61,865 nt of DNA, taken from IMG/VR virus record IMGVR_UViG_3300027747_000005, positions 1 to 61,865 of that record. One strand, given 5' to 3'. This DNA is from a virus. Taxonomy: Duplodnaviria > Caudoviricetes. Both the position numbers and the translations under genes were made by a program. The number at the start of each line of letters is the position of its first letter. Positions within the stretch are counted from its first letter, which is position 1. The notes under the pieces are model-generated. The model worked only from the letters and a program-made list of their open reading frames with translations. It was not told the DNA's origin and ran no database searches. Positions 19,452 through 29,319 of this stretch are shown here, in pieces.

Positions 19452-19467
19452 CTATTAGCTAGTGTCC
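19452..19467 (-). promoter_or_regulatory. Candidate late promoter motif GGACACTAGCTAATAG
   Basis: Fills the intergenic gap upstream of the portal RBS. Confidence 0.65.
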
Positions 19468-19785
19468 CTACTTGCCCCGGCGGGCTTCCAAGTCGGCCAC
19501 CTTGCGCTCAAGAAGTGCCACTTTTTCCGCCAAGATCGCATTCTTCTGGGGCTTGTGTTCCCAGAATCCATAGTCCTTCCACGCCGGGAACTCAGCTACG
19601 CCAGGGTCCGTAACGTGGTGGACGCTCTGCTTTTCGGTCCCACCGTACCCGGGGGCCAAGGCCCACATGGTCAGGGTCCGCTGGGAGACTTTGGTCACCA
19701 GCGCCGGGACGGGGTCGGCACCCTCATGGGCGCGGAAGAACACCCAGTCACCAAGCTCCGCTGTCGGCATCGCGTAATCGCTCAT
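19468..19785 (-). CDS. Small hypothetical protein (SH3-like barrel plus coiled coil)
   Basis: LGDWVFF...PALVTKV...; coupled to the terminase gene. Confidence 0.6.
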   Translation of the reverse strand: MSDYAMPTAELGDWVFFRAHEGADPVPALVTKVSQRTLTMWALAPGYGGTEKQSVHHVTDPGVAEFPAWKDYGFWEHKPQKNAILAEKVALLERKVADLEARRGK

Positions 19786-21467
19786 TGTCGTCTACTCCCC
19801 ATTGGCCCGAGAACTATGCAGTTGTCTTCGGACGACTGCTGCCTGCGGCGTTTCTCCGCGAGGTAACGCACCCACCATGGATCGGGGCCATAGGTCTTTG
19901 GTGGTGCGTGGTATTTGGGTTCGTAGGCGCAGAGGTACTCCACGCTCTGAATGGCGTGGACTTCCCCGCGGCTCTGCGGCTCATCGGTCACATAGATTTG
20001 ACCGTTGACGCTCGTTGTCTTCTTGCGGTAGCGGCGGATCTCGCGCATGAGATTCGGACACGCACCGTCCAGAAACTTCAGCTTGGTCGTCCCGTCGCCC
20101 CGGATGTGCATCATCTGCCGGACGAGGGCGGTGCGGGCCGGGATGTCGTCTGAGCCTGGGATGAATCCGTACCCGCTCATCTGCGACTTAATGCCGCGCT
20201 TCTTCAGTTCTTCGGAGTACAGTTCATGGGGAAGCCGACCAGACCCTAAGTCTCTGAGCATGCCGCCGTGCATGTCGATGATGAACGTCCGGTAGCTCTG
20301 GCCATCGGCCTTCTGGGCGAACTGGTCGCCAAAGATCAGCGCATTGGCTTGGCGGATATACAACTCGTCGTAGATGAGAAGGAACTTTTCATCTGGGGGA
20401 ACCGCTCCAAACACGCACGCAAGGACCGTGTGGCCAGGATCGATTGCAACATAGCGCGTCCAGTCGGCCGGAACCCGTCCATCGGGTAGATCCTCTCGCC
20501 GCAGAACATGCACACCAGGATTGAACGACGGGTACATGAGCGTGCTTTCCGTGGTGAACTCGCCCTCCGCTCGCATGCGAAGCTCGTCCATCCCCAGGGC
20601 AGACCACCGCTCAATGTTTTTGGCTTTCTCTTCCTTGTCGATGTGGTCGTTATCCAAGAAGCGCAGGGTGAACTTCTTAATAATGGAGTTCTCACGCCCC
20701 TCTTCCTCTGCCTTGTCCGCACGTTCACACAATCCCAGCAACGCATCGTTTTTACTATGCGGCATAGCCGACCAAACAAACCGGCCTTTGCGGTCTGCAA
20801 GCCGCGCCTGCATCTCGCCGACCCACCGTTCATTATTAATATCCTCATCAATGTGAACTAAGTCGGCCTGAAAACCTTGGGGCGGTTCGCCTTCTGACGA
20901 GAAGCAATTGATAGTCCACCCATTGGTAAGCTCTGCCTTGTTTAGGTAGCCTGCGTTTTTCAATACCCAACTCATCTCTTTGACCATGCGAGGCGGGATG
21001 AGGGGCGGTGCTGGTTTTGCTTTGGAGGGGTCGTCCGCCCCGGGCTTAAAGGCCCGCCACTGATTCGTCGTCTCGTCTTTGATCATTTTGAAGGCACCGG
21101 CACGGAACAGCATTGGCACAACCACAAGGCCGATGTGGGGCCAGTTCCTGCCGATGATCACTAGGTTCCCGCCCTCCTTCGGATATTTCCCGTACGGGTC
21201 TTGTCCTGTGGCCGCGCGAGCGTCCTCTATGAAACTTGCGGCGCTCTTGCCTGACCGATTGCCGCCGATCAGCAGGCGTTCGCTCGCCATGCACTTGTGG
21301 AACTCCTCCTGCTTGGGCATCGGGACATAAAGCCGCAGGGCTTCGATCCGGCGTTCCGCAAGCTCCAACTGCACATCGCGCAGCTGATTGAGCGCGTGCT
21401 GCGTGATGCCTTGGACGGCCGGTTCTTCAGGTGGCGGCGGTGGGGGGATCTGTGGGTGCTTTTTCAT
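19782..21467 (-). CDS. terL: Terminase large subunit
   Basis: Q motif (PKQEEFH), Walker A GGNRSGKS, Walker B VHIDE, nuclease AIDPG. Confidence 0.93.
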   Translation of the reverse strand: MKKHPQIPPPPPPEEPAVQGITQHALNQLRDVQLELAERRIEALRLYVPMPKQEEFHKCMASERLLIGGNRSGKSAASFIEDARAATGQDPYGKYPKEGGNLVIIGRNWPHIGLVVVPMLFRAGAFKMIKDETTNQWRAFKPGADDPSKAKPAPPLIPPRMVKEMSWVLKNAGYLNKAELTNGWTINCFSSEGEPPQGFQADLVHIDEDINNERWVGEMQARLADRKGRFVWSAMPHSKNDALLGLCERADKAEEEGRENSIIKKFTLRFLDNDHIDKEEKAKNIERWSALGMDELRMRAEGEFTTESTLMYPSFNPGVHVLRREDLPDGRVPADWTRYVAIDPGHTVLACVFGAVPPDEKFLLIYDELYIRQANALIFGDQFAQKADGQSYRTFIIDMHGGMLRDLGSGRLPHELYSEELKKRGIKSQMSGYGFIPGSDDIPARTALVRQMMHIRGDGTTKLKFLDGACPNLMREIRRYRKKTTSVNGQIYVTDEPQSRGEVHAIQSVEYLCAYEPKYHAPPKTYGPDPWWVRYLAEKRRRQQSSEDNCIVLGPMGSRRQ

Positions 21468-21481
21468 ATTCTCCGCACCAA

Positions 21482-22111
21482 TCAGTCTGGTCGGTGATCG
21501 GGTGCGTGTCCTCCTCCACAGTCACCTGCGGAGGGTATCTCCTGCACCGGCCCCACGTTGCCACTGTCGGATCCCACCACCGGCACGTTTGACACTCCAT
21601 GCTGCATCTCCTTCAAAGGAATTCCTTGGATCGTAATTGTTGTGGCCGCTTCCATGATCCGCTGGCGAAGCTCGTCCTCTAGCTCCTCTTCGCTCCAGGC
21701 CGTGAGGGGTTTCTTGGCACCACCCATTGCTGTGTTGGCAGAGACGAGGCGCACAACGGTGTCCAGCATCTTGGTGCGAAACGCGCCGCCGGAAGGGGAG
21801 TCGAACAGCTGCTTCATGTATGCGTTCGCGAAACCTCGCACCCCGCCGAAGTATTCCATCAGAACCTCTAAGAGTTCCGATGAGTGGGGGATGTTGGCTC
21901 CTCCGATCCTTGCGGAGGCTACGAACAGATCGACCGCGCCCTTCTCAATCTCGGCGAGCTTCTTGTTGGTCTTCTTCTTGCGGGCCTTCTTCTCATGGGC
22001 GTTGCGGCATCGGCGGCAGCGCGCATGGAACCCGTCCTTCGACTTGTGCCAGTTTGCGGGTGTCAACTCATAAGAGGTGCCGCACTGGATGCAGGCTTTG
22101 TACTCAGCCAG
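21482..22111 (-). CDS. Zn-finger protein in the terminase small-subunit position, probable CTG start
   Basis: GGAG-8nt-CTG gives MAEYKACIQC...CRRC; an in-frame TGA lies just upstream. C-terminal WSEEEL; directly upstream of terL. Confidence 0.55.
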   Translation of the reverse strand: MAEYKACIQCGTSYELTPANWHKSKDGFHARCRRCRNAHEKKARKKKTNKKLAEIEKGAVDLFVASARIGGANIPHSSELLEVLMEYFGGVRGFANAYMKQLFDSPSGGAFRTKMLDTVVRLVSANTAMGGAKKPLTAWSEEELEDELRQRIMEAATTITIQGIPLKEMQHGVSNVPVVGSDSGNVGPVQEIPSAGDCGGGHAPDHRPD

Positions 22112-22970
22112 GTTTCACACTCCACTTTGGCCGAAGATCCATCAGCTTCACACTGTGGTCGTAGTTGGCCTGCCAGCACTGCTTGAGCTTGGCGCTGATG
22201 TCCACGGCCTGGACGATCTGGGGCTTGCCAACGCACTTGGGCTTCCAGTGACCGGCCCACGCATCCCAGTTGCAGAACACAGGGTTGTAGCCCAGCTTCT
22301 GCGTCCCGGCGAGAGACAGGTCGCGGGTCATCGTCACATCTTCTGTGGATGACTTCTCCGACTGATACTTGTCGGGGTATTCGTAATAAAACCAAGGGTT
22401 GTCGCTGGAGTCCTTCGGCTCAGTCACCTCAAACGCCCGCATGTCGTACATGATCAGTCCGGTGGGGAGGGCAGCGCACTCTTGGATGCCAGCCATCTTG
22501 GCCCCGGTGTCACGGTCGTACATCTCCAGCTTAAAGTCTGGGTTGGCGTTGGCCGACTGGTGGGCCTGCCAGCGGAACACGTAGACGTTCTCATGGGGCG
22601 GCGGGCCGCAATAGGGCGCGCCGATGACCACCGGACCCTTGGGGTAATGCTCCACCAAGAAGTCGAAGGAGGAAGACAGGAACGGCTTTGCGTCCGGCTG
22701 GCCCGAGTACATGTCAGGCTTCATGTCGGAATCAATCATCACCAAGACATCCACGCCATACTCGCGGGCCATCAGCACGGCCCGATTGCGAGTCATGGTG
22801 ATCGGCGTGTCTGAGAGATTCCAGACTTGGATTCGGGCTACGCGCGGATCCTGAGACAGGCCGGTTGTGGCCGGAAGCATCCACTCCCGAATGTCCGGGT
22901 GTTCCGAAGAGATGCCGCCATTCCCGCCATAGGAGAACGTGCAGAAACCGATAGTGAACTTCTGTTGCAT
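22104..22970 (-). CDS. GT-A fold glycosyltransferase-like protein
   Basis: ITMTRN, LVMIDSDM (DxD), TGL, WFY, (S)ED and GH motifs. Confidence 0.75.
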   Translation of the reverse strand: MQQKFTIGFCTFSYGGNGGISSEHPDIREWMLPATTGLSQDPRVARIQVWNLSDTPITMTRNRAVLMAREYGVDVLVMIDSDMKPDMYSGQPDAKPFLSSSFDFLVEHYPKGPVVIGAPYCGPPPHENVYVFRWQAHQSANANPDFKLEMYDRDTGAKMAGIQECAALPTGLIMYDMRAFEVTEPKDSSDNPWFYYEYPDKYQSEKSSTEDVTMTRDLSLAGTQKLGYNPVFCNWDAWAGHWKPKCVGKPQIVQAVDISAKLKQCWQANYDHSVKLMDLRPKWSVKPG

Positions 22971-23019
22971 TTCACACCCCGGGGTAGGTGTACAAGTCTA
23001 CAGTATTACGACGCGCGTG

Positions 23020-24561
23020 TCAACGAGCGCGCCACGGCATTGGCGTGCGGGTGTAAGCTCCGCGCTTGGAGGGCGGCGCTTCACTGCGCGGTTGTTGGAC
23101 GGGAGCCTGCTGGTACTGGCTGGGATTCTGCTTGGCTCTATTGAGATCACTGAAATACTTGCGAACGCCAGCCACGTTTTCTGGAGTGCCCTGTCCTGTG
23201 CCCCGAAGATCCATCACGGCCGACCGCTCTTGCTCACGGGCGCGGTCGGCTCTGTAGTCCGCTTGCGTCTTGTTGGGGTTGACCGCCTTGCCAGTTTCCA
23301 AGTCGTAATCAACGATGGGCCTCATGTTGGTGTAGTCTTGCTTTGGTCGCAGGTTGGGGTGCTGGCGATACAAGTCTTCCTGCGTCGGTTCGCTGCGAGG
23401 CAACGAGATGTTGTTCTTGGCGCGATATTCCTCTGCCCTCTTCTGGCTGTCCAGCTGCGATTTGATTGGGTCAACCGGAGGCAGCGAAGGATTCTGTTGC
23501 GTCGGGTTGTAGGTTGTTCCCTGAGAAGGGCTTGGCTTGGGCTGCGCGGCACCCGGGGTGACCCAGCTTGGGGCCGGGGAGGGGGGGTTGGCGTATTGGG
23601 GCGTACCACCAGGATTAAACGGCTGCGGAAGCGGAATTGGGGATTCGGGTCGGGTCCACGCGCTGCCGGTGGACTGCAGCGCGGGCTGGCCCTGACTGGA
23701 CGTGTTAATCACTGGCGGCTGACCGCCCACCCCAAAGGACGGCATAAATGGCCCTGACGGTGGACGCTGCGATTCGCTTTGAGGCGGGCTGGCGGTTGAC
23801 CGCGCAGCGGTCTGATTCGGATTGGAAGTGTTCTGCACTGGAGGCTGGCCACCAACTCCGAAAGACGGTGTGTTGGCCTGCGGGCCGAACGGGTTCTGCC
23901 ATTGAGTGCCGGTCGCAAACTGGCTCGCCCCACCCATGGCGCGCTGAACATCGGGGTTCTGTTGGCCGAATGGGTTGTAGAACGTGCCGTTGGCAAGTTG
24001 GTCGTTTGCCTGCCCAAGCAATTGGTTGGGGTCAAAGGCAACCGGACCAGTCAGCTGGCCGCCTGTGTACTGATTCAGCCGGTCGGAGAGGTTACCGACA
24101 AACGCTTCACGCTGAGCCAAGGAATCCTGCCACTGCATGGGGTTCCCGCCAACGCCTGTTGCAGAAGCCTGGATCGGGCCTGGGCGCTGGTCGATGGCGT
24201 TATAGGCCATGTTGCCGTCCCAACTTTGTCCACCAGTGGGCTGGCCGTATTGCCCAGTTGTCGGGTTGTAGCCCTGCGTGGAGTATGAACCAGGCATCGT
24301 CCAAGACTGAGCCTGCGTGTTGCCGCCGTACTGGTTAGACGCTTGGTTGTACGCCTGACCCCAGATTTGATTCGACGGCACCTGACCCGAGAGGTCGTTT
24401 GTTCGCGCATTTTTCGGAGGAGTGCGCGGCCCTGTGTAGGGCTGGTACGACGACATGTCAGGAGCCTTGTACGGCGAAGCCTGCTGCTGCGGCGCTGTCT
24501 GTTGCTGATACGGAGGTTGCTGGGAGGTCGGGTTTGGTTTGGCAAGATAGTCGTTTGCCAT
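23020..24561 (-). CDS. Gln/Pro-rich, probably disordered protein (likely virion)
   Basis: Low-complexity sequence; PSFGVGGQPPVxNTS occurs twice. Confidence 0.55.
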   Translation of the reverse strand: MANDYLAKPNPTSQQPPYQQQTAPQQQASPYKAPDMSSYQPYTGPRTPPKNARTNDLSGQVPSNQIWGQAYNQASNQYGGNTQAQSWTMPGSYSTQGYNPTTGQYGQPTGGQSWDGNMAYNAIDQRPGPIQASATGVGGNPMQWQDSLAQREAFVGNLSDRLNQYTGGQLTGPVAFDPNQLLGQANDQLANGTFYNPFGQQNPDVQRAMGGASQFATGTQWQNPFGPQANTPSFGVGGQPPVQNTSNPNQTAARSTASPPQSESQRPPSGPFMPSFGVGGQPPVINTSSQGQPALQSTGSAWTRPESPIPLPQPFNPGGTPQYANPPSPAPSWVTPGAAQPKPSPSQGTTYNPTQQNPSLPPVDPIKSQLDSQKRAEEYRAKNNISLPRSEPTQEDLYRQHPNLRPKQDYTNMRPIVDYDLETGKAVNPNKTQADYRADRAREQERSAVMDLRGTGQGTPENVAGVRKYFSDLNRAKQNPSQYQQAPVQQPRSEAPPSKRGAYTRTPMPWRAR

Positions 24562-24716
24562 CAGCGATCCCCCTGTTGAACTGTCAGGCCGTCCGTACCA
24601 ACGCCCGTTCCGTAGTACATGCGGAGCCGGTCAGCGTCTTCCTGCGGCAGCGATTTGATCTCAGCGATCAGCTGCCGCAAGAAGTCCAGGTTCTGTATTG
24701 CTGGTGGTTGATCCAT
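24561..24716 (-). CDS. 51-aa hypothetical protein (MDQPPAIQNLDFLRQL...), not in track
   Basis: Fills the gap; TGATG coupling to 24561. Confidence 0.55.
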   Translation of the reverse strand: MDQPPAIQNLDFLRQLIAEIKSLPQEDADRLRMYYGTGVGTDGLTVQQGDR

Positions 24717-24720
24717 CTAG

Positions 24721-24754
24721 AAAACGGGGCCAGGATGTTTCCACCCTGGCCCCG
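24721..24754 (-). terminator. Rho-independent terminator after the capsid genes
   Basis: CGGGGCCAGG-GTGGAAACAT-CCTGGCCCCG-TTTT. Confidence 0.7.
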
Positions 24755-24779
24755 CCCCCGAAAGCCCGTGAAGGGCAAA

Positions 24780-25394
24780 TTACGAAGCCCGAGTCTTGAT
24801 CAGCGCGAGAACGGCCGAGCCGGTCGTCGCCCCGGCACTCGCCGCAAACCCGATGACACCGATGCCGTTGTCGTTCGCACCAGCCGTGCTGGACGACAGC
24901 GGAGACACCGTCACGCGGCCCGCCGTCGTCGCACCGCTGGTAGCGGCGGTGACAACCGACAAGCGGTCACGGACGGCAACGTCCGAACCGGAGAGCGCCA
25001 CCGACACTTCGGTCGGGCCGTCCACGGTCACCCAGAACACATCGTTGCTGGCAACGCCCGCGGCAGGGAGGAACTCGTCCACCACACCAACGAGCGAATC
25101 GTTGGTAACCGCAGCGTAGCCGTCAGCCGCACCGAACAGAGCCGTGCCACTGCCTGCCAGACGCACAACCCGCTTGGGCAGCAGGGCCGCACCGGAGGTG
25201 TTACGGACAGCGATGCAGACCTTGCGACGATTGCTGCGGACCTGGCCGGTGGTGGCGTTCACATCGGTGAACTCCTTCACAGCGCCAACCCAGTTATCGC
25301 CATACGAACCAGAAATACCGTACAGACTGTCGTTGGGCGTGGTAACGCCAAGCGTCTGACCAAGACCGAACGGAGGATCAACTTGCAGTCCCAT
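24780..25394 (-). CDS. Capsid decoration/cement protein
   Basis: Follows the major capsid gene; GVV...FWV...GP beta-rich pattern. Confidence 0.65.
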   Translation of the reverse strand: MGLQVDPPFGLGQTLGVTTPNDSLYGISGSYGDNWVGAVKEFTDVNATTGQVRSNRRKVCIAVRNTSGAALLPKRVVRLAGSGTALFGAADGYAAVTNDSLVGVVDEFLPAAGVASNDVFWVTVDGPTEVSVALSGSDVAVRDRLSVVTAATSGATTAGRVTVSPLSSSTAGANDNGIGVIGFAASAGATTGSAVLALIKTRAS

Positions 25395-25412
25395 TGTGAC
25401 TATAGTCCTTTC

Positions 25413-26531
25413 TCAGGCGAGAGTAAGAAGTTTGAAGAAGTTGCGCGGCGACTTGAACTTCAGGTTGCCGAGGGTGGACACCACGTAGCGGTACTGCTGC
25501 GTGATTTCGTCATAGAACGGACCTTCTGAATTCAGCAGCTGGCCTTCCATGCACAGGAGTTCGATATTGCCTACAGACAGGCCGTATCCGACACCTGCAG
25601 GAACAGAATTTTCACTGCTGATTTCCACCCCGTCCAGCTCAAAAACATCAGTGAAACCATAGGAGCGGAGGCCGTTTGCGCGGCTGACAATCACTCGCTC
25701 CTTGGAGTCCAGCGTGTTCAGGAAGTCGATGAACAGGCGGCGGTCAAGCAACACCATGTCCACTTGATCTTCCTTGCTGTCGTTGCGGCGGGTCTGGTGA
25801 ATCGCCTCACGCACCGCCTTCACGCAGTTGTCCTTCCACGTTGCCGTCGCACCACCGAAGTAAGTGCTGGTGTAGTTCACCTGGACCGGCGTGAAGAAAT
25901 CGTACTCCGGGTCCGCGTAGCCGTTGGGCCACACGTTGCCCGAAGCCTGCGAGCCACCGTACGCACCCAGCACAGTCGAAAGACCAGCGTAGGTATCGGT
26001 CGGGTAGCAGAACGGGTCGGCCGCATTGGCCGTCCGCTGGGCACCGCTAGTAATGTTAACAGTGCCGTTGCTTCCCATGAAACTTTCGATGCCGTGGAAG
26101 CGCAGTTCGTTGCCAGAGGCATAGCCGTCAACAATCCACTCCTTGGCAAGGTACTGTTCCATGCTGGTAAGCAGTCGGCTGGCCATCTTACCAGCGACGT
26201 TTACAAGAGCCTGGGCCGAGCGGTTCTCCAGCATCTCCTTTTTGTAAATCGCGTCACTAGCTTGCGCACCCCTGAATTCAAGCTCCGCTCGCTTCCAGAG
26301 GTTCTGACGAGCGAAGGTCCGCGGCGTCTCACCATTGTTGCCGGAAGGCGTGTGATTACGGTACTGCAATTCCCAGTCGAAACCCCTGCCTGCCATGTTG
26401 GTGCGGATCTGGCCCGAGCCTTCCAGAGCGGCAAACAACTTGTACTTACGAAGCGATGCAATTTCCTCAACGGCGAGGTGGTTTACAATCGTTGTGGCAA
26501 TAGACCTTGCCCAGTCAGTCGAACTGCTCAT
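25413..26531 (-). CDS. Major capsid protein
   Basis: 372 aa between scaffold and decoration genes; HK97-like features (DG....FHGI, GF..FELDGVEI, GNL...PR). Confidence 0.85.
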   Translation of the reverse strand: MSSSTDWARSIATTIVNHLAVEEIASLRKYKLFAALEGSGQIRTNMAGRGFDWELQYRNHTPSGNNGETPRTFARQNLWKRAELEFRGAQASDAIYKKEMLENRSAQALVNVAGKMASRLLTSMEQYLAKEWIVDGYASGNELRFHGIESFMGSNGTVNITSGAQRTANAADPFCYPTDTYAGLSTVLGAYGGSQASGNVWPNGYADPEYDFFTPVQVNYTSTYFGGATATWKDNCVKAVREAIHQTRRNDSKEDQVDMVLLDRRLFIDFLNTLDSKERVIVSRANGLRSYGFTDVFELDGVEISSENSVPAGVGYGLSVGNIELLCMEGQLLNSEGPFYDEITQQYRYVVSTLGNLKFKSPRNFFKLLTLA

Positions 26532-27559
26532 CAGATAACTCCATCGTTAACGAGTTGGCTTCGCAGCCGGTCCTCAAAACTCATCCGCGAGCGCGGTGCC
26601 CGCGGTTCCGTAGTTCCAGCACTTCGATTCGGGGTGCGTGTTGCGCGCTCCCGAAGGAACTGCATGTTCTGTTCTGCCACTGGATCTGCCGGGGGAGCAG
26701 GAGGGGCGGGGGGTGCAGGCGGGGCATAGCCTTGCTGGGGCATCTGCTGCATCTGCTGGTAGCGCATGTTCAGGAGATCCCTCTGGAGCATGCCGGTCGC
26801 ATACTTCCAGCGAGACTCTGCGGACTGGATGCCCAGTTCCTGCGCCTGTGCGATGTACTGCGAGATCGCCTGGCCTTCCCGGGTGGGATTGCCAGCTTGG
26901 TCGTACAACCAGTCGGCGTTCTGTCGCTCCAAGTCAGAAACGTAGTTCTGGGTCTTGTAGGTGTTAAGATGGTTCTGAACCATCTCCTGCGCCTTCTGGA
27001 TTGCGACCTGCTCAACGAAGGGCTTCAGCGTGTTCTCTGGATCAGTGACCAGCTTGCGGGCGAAGTCCGCGGTGTAGCTCTGGTATTCCCTGAGAGCCTG
27101 CTGGGCCTCATACGGAGCGTCGGGGGCGATGACTTCCTTGCCCGTGGCGGGATCTCTGACGATGAAGCTCCTCCAGGTGTCTTTGACCTGGGGAGGGTTC
27201 CACCACTTCGGAGCTTCCGGTTCCTTGGGCTTGGCAGCTTCGGCCTGAGACTTCTTCCAGTTCTCAAACTCCCGCTGGTTGCGCAGGTACTCTTGGGCGT
27301 AGGGAACGACCGATTGGTACTGCTGCAGCTGCCGCTGGGTTTCACCGTAGCCGTTGTAGGCCCGATACAAGTTCTGGGCGATTGAGAGATCGTCCTGACC
27401 CTGGAAGTCGGGGAGATGGCGGAACGCAGCGTAGGGGGTATCAAAGCCGGGAGAAGAAGTCTCCGTACCGGCCGAACTCTCGGCTGGAGAGTCATAGCTC
27501 GCCGTCTGCTCTGTGACGGGAGCGTCCTGCGTCTGGATGTCTGGTGTTTCTTCTGACAT
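26531..27559 (-). CDS. Scaffolding protein
   Basis: Acidic N-terminus, coiled coil, Pro-rich linker; coupled upstream of the capsid gene. Confidence 0.75.
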   Translation of the reverse strand: MSEETPDIQTQDAPVTEQTASYDSPAESSAGTETSSPGFDTPYAAFRHLPDFQGQDDLSIAQNLYRAYNGYGETQRQLQQYQSVVPYAQEYLRNQREFENWKKSQAEAAKPKEPEAPKWWNPPQVKDTWRSFIVRDPATGKEVIAPDAPYEAQQALREYQSYTADFARKLVTDPENTLKPFVEQVAIQKAQEMVQNHLNTYKTQNYVSDLERQNADWLYDQAGNPTREGQAISQYIAQAQELGIQSAESRWKYATGMLQRDLLNMRYQQMQQMPQQGYAPPAPPAPPAPPADPVAEQNMQFLRERATRTPNRSAGTTEPRAPRSRMSFEDRLRSQLVNDGVI

Positions 27560-27582
27560 GTAAATCCTTTCGGGGGAAGGGT

Positions 27583-27599
27583 CTACATAGTCAGTGTCC
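27583..27599 (-). promoter_or_regulatory. Candidate late promoter motif GGACACTGACTATGTAG
   Basis: Intergenic, upstream of scaffold and capsid. Confidence 0.6.
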
Positions 27600-27628
27600 T
27601 ATTCCTCGTATTTTGTTACGGGGTAGGG

Positions 27629-28144
27629 TCATCGACGCATTAGCACTTCGATCAGCGGAGCCTGCTTAGTGCCGCCCACGCGCCTTGGATCTGCGTCAAA
27701 CACTTGCCGAGCAGCGTCCATCACATCGTCTGCTCTTCCATCAAAATATCTTGGAGACGATGGGAAATTGAAGACGGCGCGGCGGTTAGTGGATCCACGC
27801 ATTTGCTCTAAGGTCTTCAACAGCATGTCGATGTCCGACTGCGTATTAAGGACATTTGAAGCCATAACAGTGTCGTACTGCTTGGCAAGAGCGTCGTTGC
27901 CGACAGCGTTTCGGCCGAAGTCGTATTCGCTTACATCGCCGCCCGCTCGCCGCAACAACTCAGAATGGTCGTATAGGCCCGTGTGCGGGTTGGGTTTGCC
28001 AGCGCCGAAGTTGAGGATCGTCTCCCCCGGCCGCAACGTGTCGGCAACATACCGCGGAGTAATGGCCTTGCCGCTCACAGCCCCAAGAGAACGTGCCGAA
28101 CGGTTGGCGCGCGCGACCGCTTCCAGAACATCGTCTAGTCCCAT
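27629..28144 (-). CDS. Class I SAM-dependent methyltransferase-like protein
   Basis: ILNFGAGK motif I and YDTVMASNVLN. Confidence 0.7.
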   Translation of the reverse strand: MGLDDVLEAVARANRSARSLGAVSGKAITPRYVADTLRPGETILNFGAGKPNPHTGLYDHSELLRRAGGDVSEYDFGRNAVGNDALAKQYDTVMASNVLNTQSDIDMLLKTLEQMRGSTNRRAVFNFPSSPRYFDGRADDVMDAARQVFDADPRRVGGTKQAPLIEVLMRR

Positions 28145-28159
28145 AAAGGACTAGTGCCC
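28143..28159 (-). promoter_or_regulatory. Weaker late promoter-like motif GGGCACTAGTCCTTTAT
   Basis: Intergenic; abuts the methyltransferase ATG. Confidence 0.4.
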
Positions 28160-28172
28160 TGCTAGCAACGAT

Positions 28173-28763
28173 TTACTGCGCTCCGTACCCACCCCACGCC
28201 GCGCCGCCCATAGCAGCAGAGGCTTTGATGGGGTTGTTGTTTGCCGCGTTGAGAAGCTGCCGAATGGCATGGGTTGCATCATCGGCGCGTGAGGCACCTT
28301 TGAGCATGCGGCCCGCCATGCCGATCCCCATGTACGTGCCTGGGTCGGTCAGCACATCCAGAGTCATTGCAGTGCCTGGTTGGGCGTACTTGCGCCAGTC
28401 GTCAGGCGAATCCATTGTGCCCGCGGCCAACTGTGGCATCAGCGCAGAGGGAAGTGCCCGCAAAGCCAGACCACCGGCCTGCCCGTAGTTGCCCTTCCCC
28501 AGTTCTTGGGCTGAACGGACGAGCGTGTCCCGCGGGCGGCTGGTCATATCCATCACGTACAAGCCAGCATTGTAGGCATCGCTGGCGGCATCGCTGGTGC
28601 GAGTCGGTGTGAGGTTGTTTTGCTGGACGGCCATCCGCTGCTCTGGTGTCATGTAGTCCCAGAACGGACCCTTGTTCTTCTCAAAGCTGGCGCGCTGCGC
28701 CTCCAAGTCGGCCATCTGCTGCGCAGGAGATCCCTGCCAGTATTCGTAGAAGTTGTCAGCCAT
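28173..28763 (-). CDS. Hypothetical protein, probably internal virion
   Basis: DVLTDP.TY motif also occurs in 54460..58113 (EIVTDPLTY). Confidence 0.5.
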   Translation of the reverse strand: MADNFYEYWQGSPAQQMADLEAQRASFEKNKGPFWDYMTPEQRMAVQQNNLTPTRTSDAASDAYNAGLYVMDMTSRPRDTLVRSAQELGKGNYGQAGGLALRALPSALMPQLAAGTMDSPDDWRKYAQPGTAMTLDVLTDPGTYMGIGMAGRMLKGASRADDATHAIRQLLNAANNNPIKASAAMGGAAWGGYGAQ

Positions 28764-29058
28764 TCTTAGCCTTCTCTATCTTGGCCCGATAGCGCACGCA
28801 GTCTTCCCGTACTTCGGGGTTCGCACGGGTCCATGCCATTAAGTGTCCGTGGACAAGGTGACAAGGATCCGCACATAGCGTGATAAGATTAGTGGGGTCC
28901 AATTCCCGCTTGGGGTCTGTGTGGTACGGGACAATGTGGTGGACATTTAGCCCCTCGGCCTTTCCGCAGGCAACACACTCTGGTTCTTGGAGAAGGTGTT
29001 CCCGTCTTACCTTTGCCCATCCCCCGGCCCGAAGTGGAAAGAACAGCCACCGGAACAT
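28756..29058 (-). CDS. HNH endonuclease
   Basis: CVAC...VHHIVP...NLITLC..CH..VHGH. Confidence 0.85.
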   Translation of the reverse strand: MFRWLFFPLRAGGWAKVRREHLLQEPECVACGKAEGLNVHHIVPYHTDPKRELDPTNLITLCADPCHLVHGHLMAWTRANPEVREDCVRYRAKIEKAKNG

Positions 29059-29285
29059 CACTTGTAACACCACCCCGCAACCGCCCCGCACACAAAATTA
29101 ACGCACCAAACCCAAGGAGCCATAGCTGCGAGCGTGCGATACGATTCGTAGATGTACGCCGGATCATGCGCCATCAATTCGCAGTACCAAGAATTCTCCA
29201 GCACGTACATCTGCCCCAAGGGAACTGAGACTCCGACCCACGCAAACAGATAGGCACCCAGAATAGCGCGCGCCCATCTTTGCAT
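29058..29285 (-). CDS. Small membrane protein, two hydrophobic segments
   Basis: Hydropathy and gene coupling. Confidence 0.5.
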   Translation of the reverse strand: MQRWARAILGAYLFAWVGVSVPLGQMYVLENSWYCELMAHDPAYIYESYRTLAAMAPWVWCVNFVCGAVAGWCYK

Positions 29286-29319
29286 AGTGACTCATTCCAT
29301 TCGTCTTCAGAGGGAACAA

